Assembly: GCA_020536535.1 (NCBI GenBank)
Contig: JAHLWZ010000876.1
Coordinates: 1-63,646 of the forward strand
Reading direction: 5' to 3'
Source of the DNA: Pelomyxa schiedti
Lineage: Eukaryota; Protista; Evosea
DNA: 63,646 nt
Shown here: positions 60,787-63,646 of the stretch, piece by piece
How positions within the stretch are numbered: the first letter of the stretch is position 1
Layout of the letters: every line of letters starts with the position of its first letter
Program-made: the position numbers and the translations under genes
The notes under the pieces: generated by a model
Seen by the model: the letters and a program-made list of their open reading frames with translations, nothing else
What the model was told of the DNA's origin: nothing
Database searches by the model: none

Positions 60787-63640
60787 TCAGTCGTCACTTT
60801 TCCGTCTGAAGTGGCTGAAGATGGATGTCTTCTTTTTCTTCTGTTGGTGGTCTGCCGAGAAAGTGGCAGACTGGGAGAGTGCTCGGAGTGGCTCTGGAGT
60901 GCTTGCTATGTGCATAGATAGTGGTGGTGTTGTGCCGGTTCTGTGAGGAACCGGCGGCGTTTGCACTGACTGCCGGCTTGTGTCTGATGACGGCAGGAGG
61001 AGTGCGGGAAGGTTTGATGACGATGCTGTTGCTGTTATTGTGGTGGAAGTGTTTCCCAGTGCCAAAATTGATGGAGAAGATTGAGTTTCGCAAATTGAAT
61101 GCAAATGCGGCATTCCTGTGAGGGGTGGAGAGGTGTGTGGAAATGAGATGAGGCCCGTGTCAGAGTGGCGGTGCCGGTGCCGGTGGTGACTGTGATGATG
61201 GGAGTGCTTGTAATCACTGGGATTCTGTTGGAAAATGAGGGAATTGTAAGGTAAACGTGGTTGGGTGCTTTTGTTGAAAAAAAAAAAACCAGTGAGAGCC
61301 CAGTGGCTTGTTCAAAATTGGTGATTTTTTGTTCAAGGTCTGGATGACAGCCACTATTAAAGTTAGTGAGGAAAAAGCTTACTCAATAGCACACATGGCG
61401 TGAGCCTTTATCACTTCCATTGTGTGTGACAATAGAAACCTATACTCTTTTGTCTTTTCCTCGAGTTGTTTCTACATTAGTGGCAGAATAAGGAACCGAA
61501 GAAAAAAACTAATTCAAGAACCTCAGTTTGTTCAATGGACATTGTAAGCGTTTCGTTCTTTGATTTCAGGTCAGATATCTCCTCTTGTATCTGAGAGTAT
61601 TCATCATCCAGCCTCCTCATTTCCGTGAGCTCTGTTGTTACTGACAAAGTGGGAAGAGGTGTTCCCATTTCCTCAGTCAGACCGGATGTTGGCTCTAGAT
61701 AGATGAAAAGATAGTGAATGGTTGAGGAAGGAAATAATTGAAATGAGACGAACTAAATGCAGCCAAGCTAGAGGATCGTGTGTTATCATCAAGTCGTTTC
61801 GGGTCATCAGTGCTGGGATTCGAGCTTGGATTCGGGTTTGTGTTTGTATTTGTATTTGTAGATGGGTGTGCTTTCTGATTGCACTTTAGTTGTGATTATG
61901 AATAAGTTATTTTACTTGAAAAAGAGGATGATTTGCTAGTTCTTTGGCCGAAGGCCTCTCAGCAGGGTTTTTCTTGAAGCACTTCTCGAGGAAATCGATC
62001 ATTTCCTGTAAAAGTTGAAAATTTGAGATTTTCCAAGACGAACATACAGGTGAACAATTCTTTGGAATGGGCATGTCTGAATTGACTATTTTAAACATGG
62101 CTGCCATTGGATTTAAACTAGTCAATGTTAAGAGAGATCAGAACACAAAGACTTACTTGTAAAACGGTGGACTGCCAGTTAACAACTCAATTATCGTACA
62201 ACCAAGACTCCTTTTGTTAGGGTAAATTTAACCATGTGTGGCAATCTAAAAGACAAACCAGACATCTGACTCCGGGCAGTGGCCTGATATTTCCACTATT
62301 TCCGGGGCAACTGGAAAAAATTAGCCAGAAAGGCTGTGCCAAGAGAACATACTCCAATAAGGAGAACCAACAACCTGCGATAGAGTTATGATGAAGGTTT
62401 ACAGTGCAAAGGCAATTACAGAGAACTGCTTGCTGCTATCGTGCAGACCAGCAGAAACTCCAAAGTCACACAATTTAATTTCAGCTTTTGACAGCAATAT
62501 ATTTGCAGCCTTATACAAGTTGGTGGTTCAAACAACATAATAATACTTGAGATACCTTGAGATCTCTATTGAGAGTAGGCAACAAAAATCAGTGGCGGGG
62601 AGGGGTGATAGAGTGAATAAACCTATGAATAACATCAGAGCGGTGCAGGTATTGTAGCGCTTCAAGGACTTGCTCAATGTACATAACAACAAGTGGCTCA
62701 GGAAGTGGGCCAAACTCCTTTATCATATGTGCAAGAGACCCTCCATCGCCATACCTACAAGGGAAGGTAAAACACAGGGAGATTGTTTGGGTAACCTAAC
62801 TCTAAAAATATGTATAAAAATTTATTCAGTAGGCTATAGCCTAAGACTCGGACAATGTTCTTGTGAGATAGTATTCTAAGCATATCAATTTCGGCAGTGA
62901 TGGATTGAAAAGCTGTGAAACTGACGACGGACGAGTTCACAACCTTGACTGCAACAACCTGCCCAGTAGAAGCAACCAAACCCTTATGCACAACAGCAGT
63001 TGCTCCCCTTCCAATAACTTCTCCAACAGTCTTTTTGAAGATTCGTTAGCAAAGGACTGTGCATATAAAACAATGAAATAGAACATAATTAAATTTTGAT
63101 TAAAAAAAAAAAAAACTCCCAACAAATAAAGAAAGATAGCCACAACGTTTTATGAATAGAACATGAAATGGAAAGGAGTCCCCAAGAAAGGAAGAACACA
63201 ACAAAATGGGTGTAGAAAGTAGAGAGAAGGGGTGTGGCCCAAACAGCCACAAGTTCAATAATGTGAATCCCACGAAAATGAAAGGCAAAAATCCAAGACC
63301 AAAGGCGCACCACGTCGCCAATCTGGCAGTGGACAACGACCCTCTGCTGGTCCATCTGAGCCCTGCCCGAGTGCACGAGGGCGGACCTCGGCGTCACGGG
63401 CGGGGTTGCCGGGTGCAGCAGCGGCGACGACGAGTGGAGCAGCAGGGGCGGCGGGGAGGGCGCGGCCCCCGGGGCGGCCCCGTGGGCGCCAGACGACGCG
63501 GCCGACGTGGGGGAGTTGGGGGGGAGGGGCGGGGTTGTCGCCGTGGCGCCGGGCGAGGGGGCCAGGGGGCTGAGGGAGGTGAGCTTGAGGGGAGGCAGCG
63601 GCCTGCTGAGGAGCGGGGCACTGCTGGAAAGTGCCGACAT
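60787..63640 (-). CDS. STE11/Cdc15(SepA)-like Ser/Thr protein kinase with a coiled coil and low-complexity tail
   Basis: GDV|TVGEVIGRGATAVVHKGL, VAVK, LSHKNIV, HR|DLK|AANILL, KLCDFG, VGSPYW|IAPEIVEISG and PPFY.LNPMAAMFKIV motifs. Confidence 0.87.
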
Positions 63641-63646
63641 GCCGAG

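Noticed and set aside
1-63646. Stop-codon reassignment, prokaryotic operons or CRISPR arrays
   Set aside because: In-frame stops in the genes I parsed are explained by short introns, genes end in all three stop codons, and no repeat-spacer array was seen.

Overview
Compact, intron-rich eukaryotic DNA read with the standard genetic code. Introns are mostly 40-60 nt GT-AG with weak donors and frequent AAG acceptors. Gene content (STAT-type SH2, formin, FANCL, low-complexity P/Q/T tracts, ankyrin-kinase) suggests an amoebozoan protist, possibly an archamoeba such as Pelomyxa; this is an inference only. About 21 protein genes are present: an AT-hook protein, an SH2 protein, a ubiquitin-embedded protein, formin, DDX27/DRS1, a small hypothetical protein, an F-box/PPP phosphatase fusion, an M32 carboxypeptidase, FANCL, LSM7, an ABHD1/3-like hydrolase, a kinesin with C-terminal EF-hands, CK2-beta, NFXL1, a BLF1-like deamidase, an SH3-DUF4062-NACHT-TPR protein, an ankyrin-kinase, a Cache-PDE, a coiled-coil protein, a Kelch-BTB protein and a Cdc15-like kinase. 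There is also a tRNA-Pro(TGG), a 389-bp hAT MITE with an 8-bp TSD, a decayed hAT transposase and one assembly gap. The stand-out finding is an intronless 211-aa ORF (39337-39972, minus strand) that aligns end to end, by eye and from memory, with Burkholderia Lethal Factor 1 (BLF1, an eIF4A glutamine deamidase toxin) and keeps the catalytic Cys/His. It lies head-to-head with an NLR-like NACHT-TPR gene, making a candidate eukaryotic sensor plus translation-shutoff effector module. Exon structures were hand-parsed, and several start codons are approximate.
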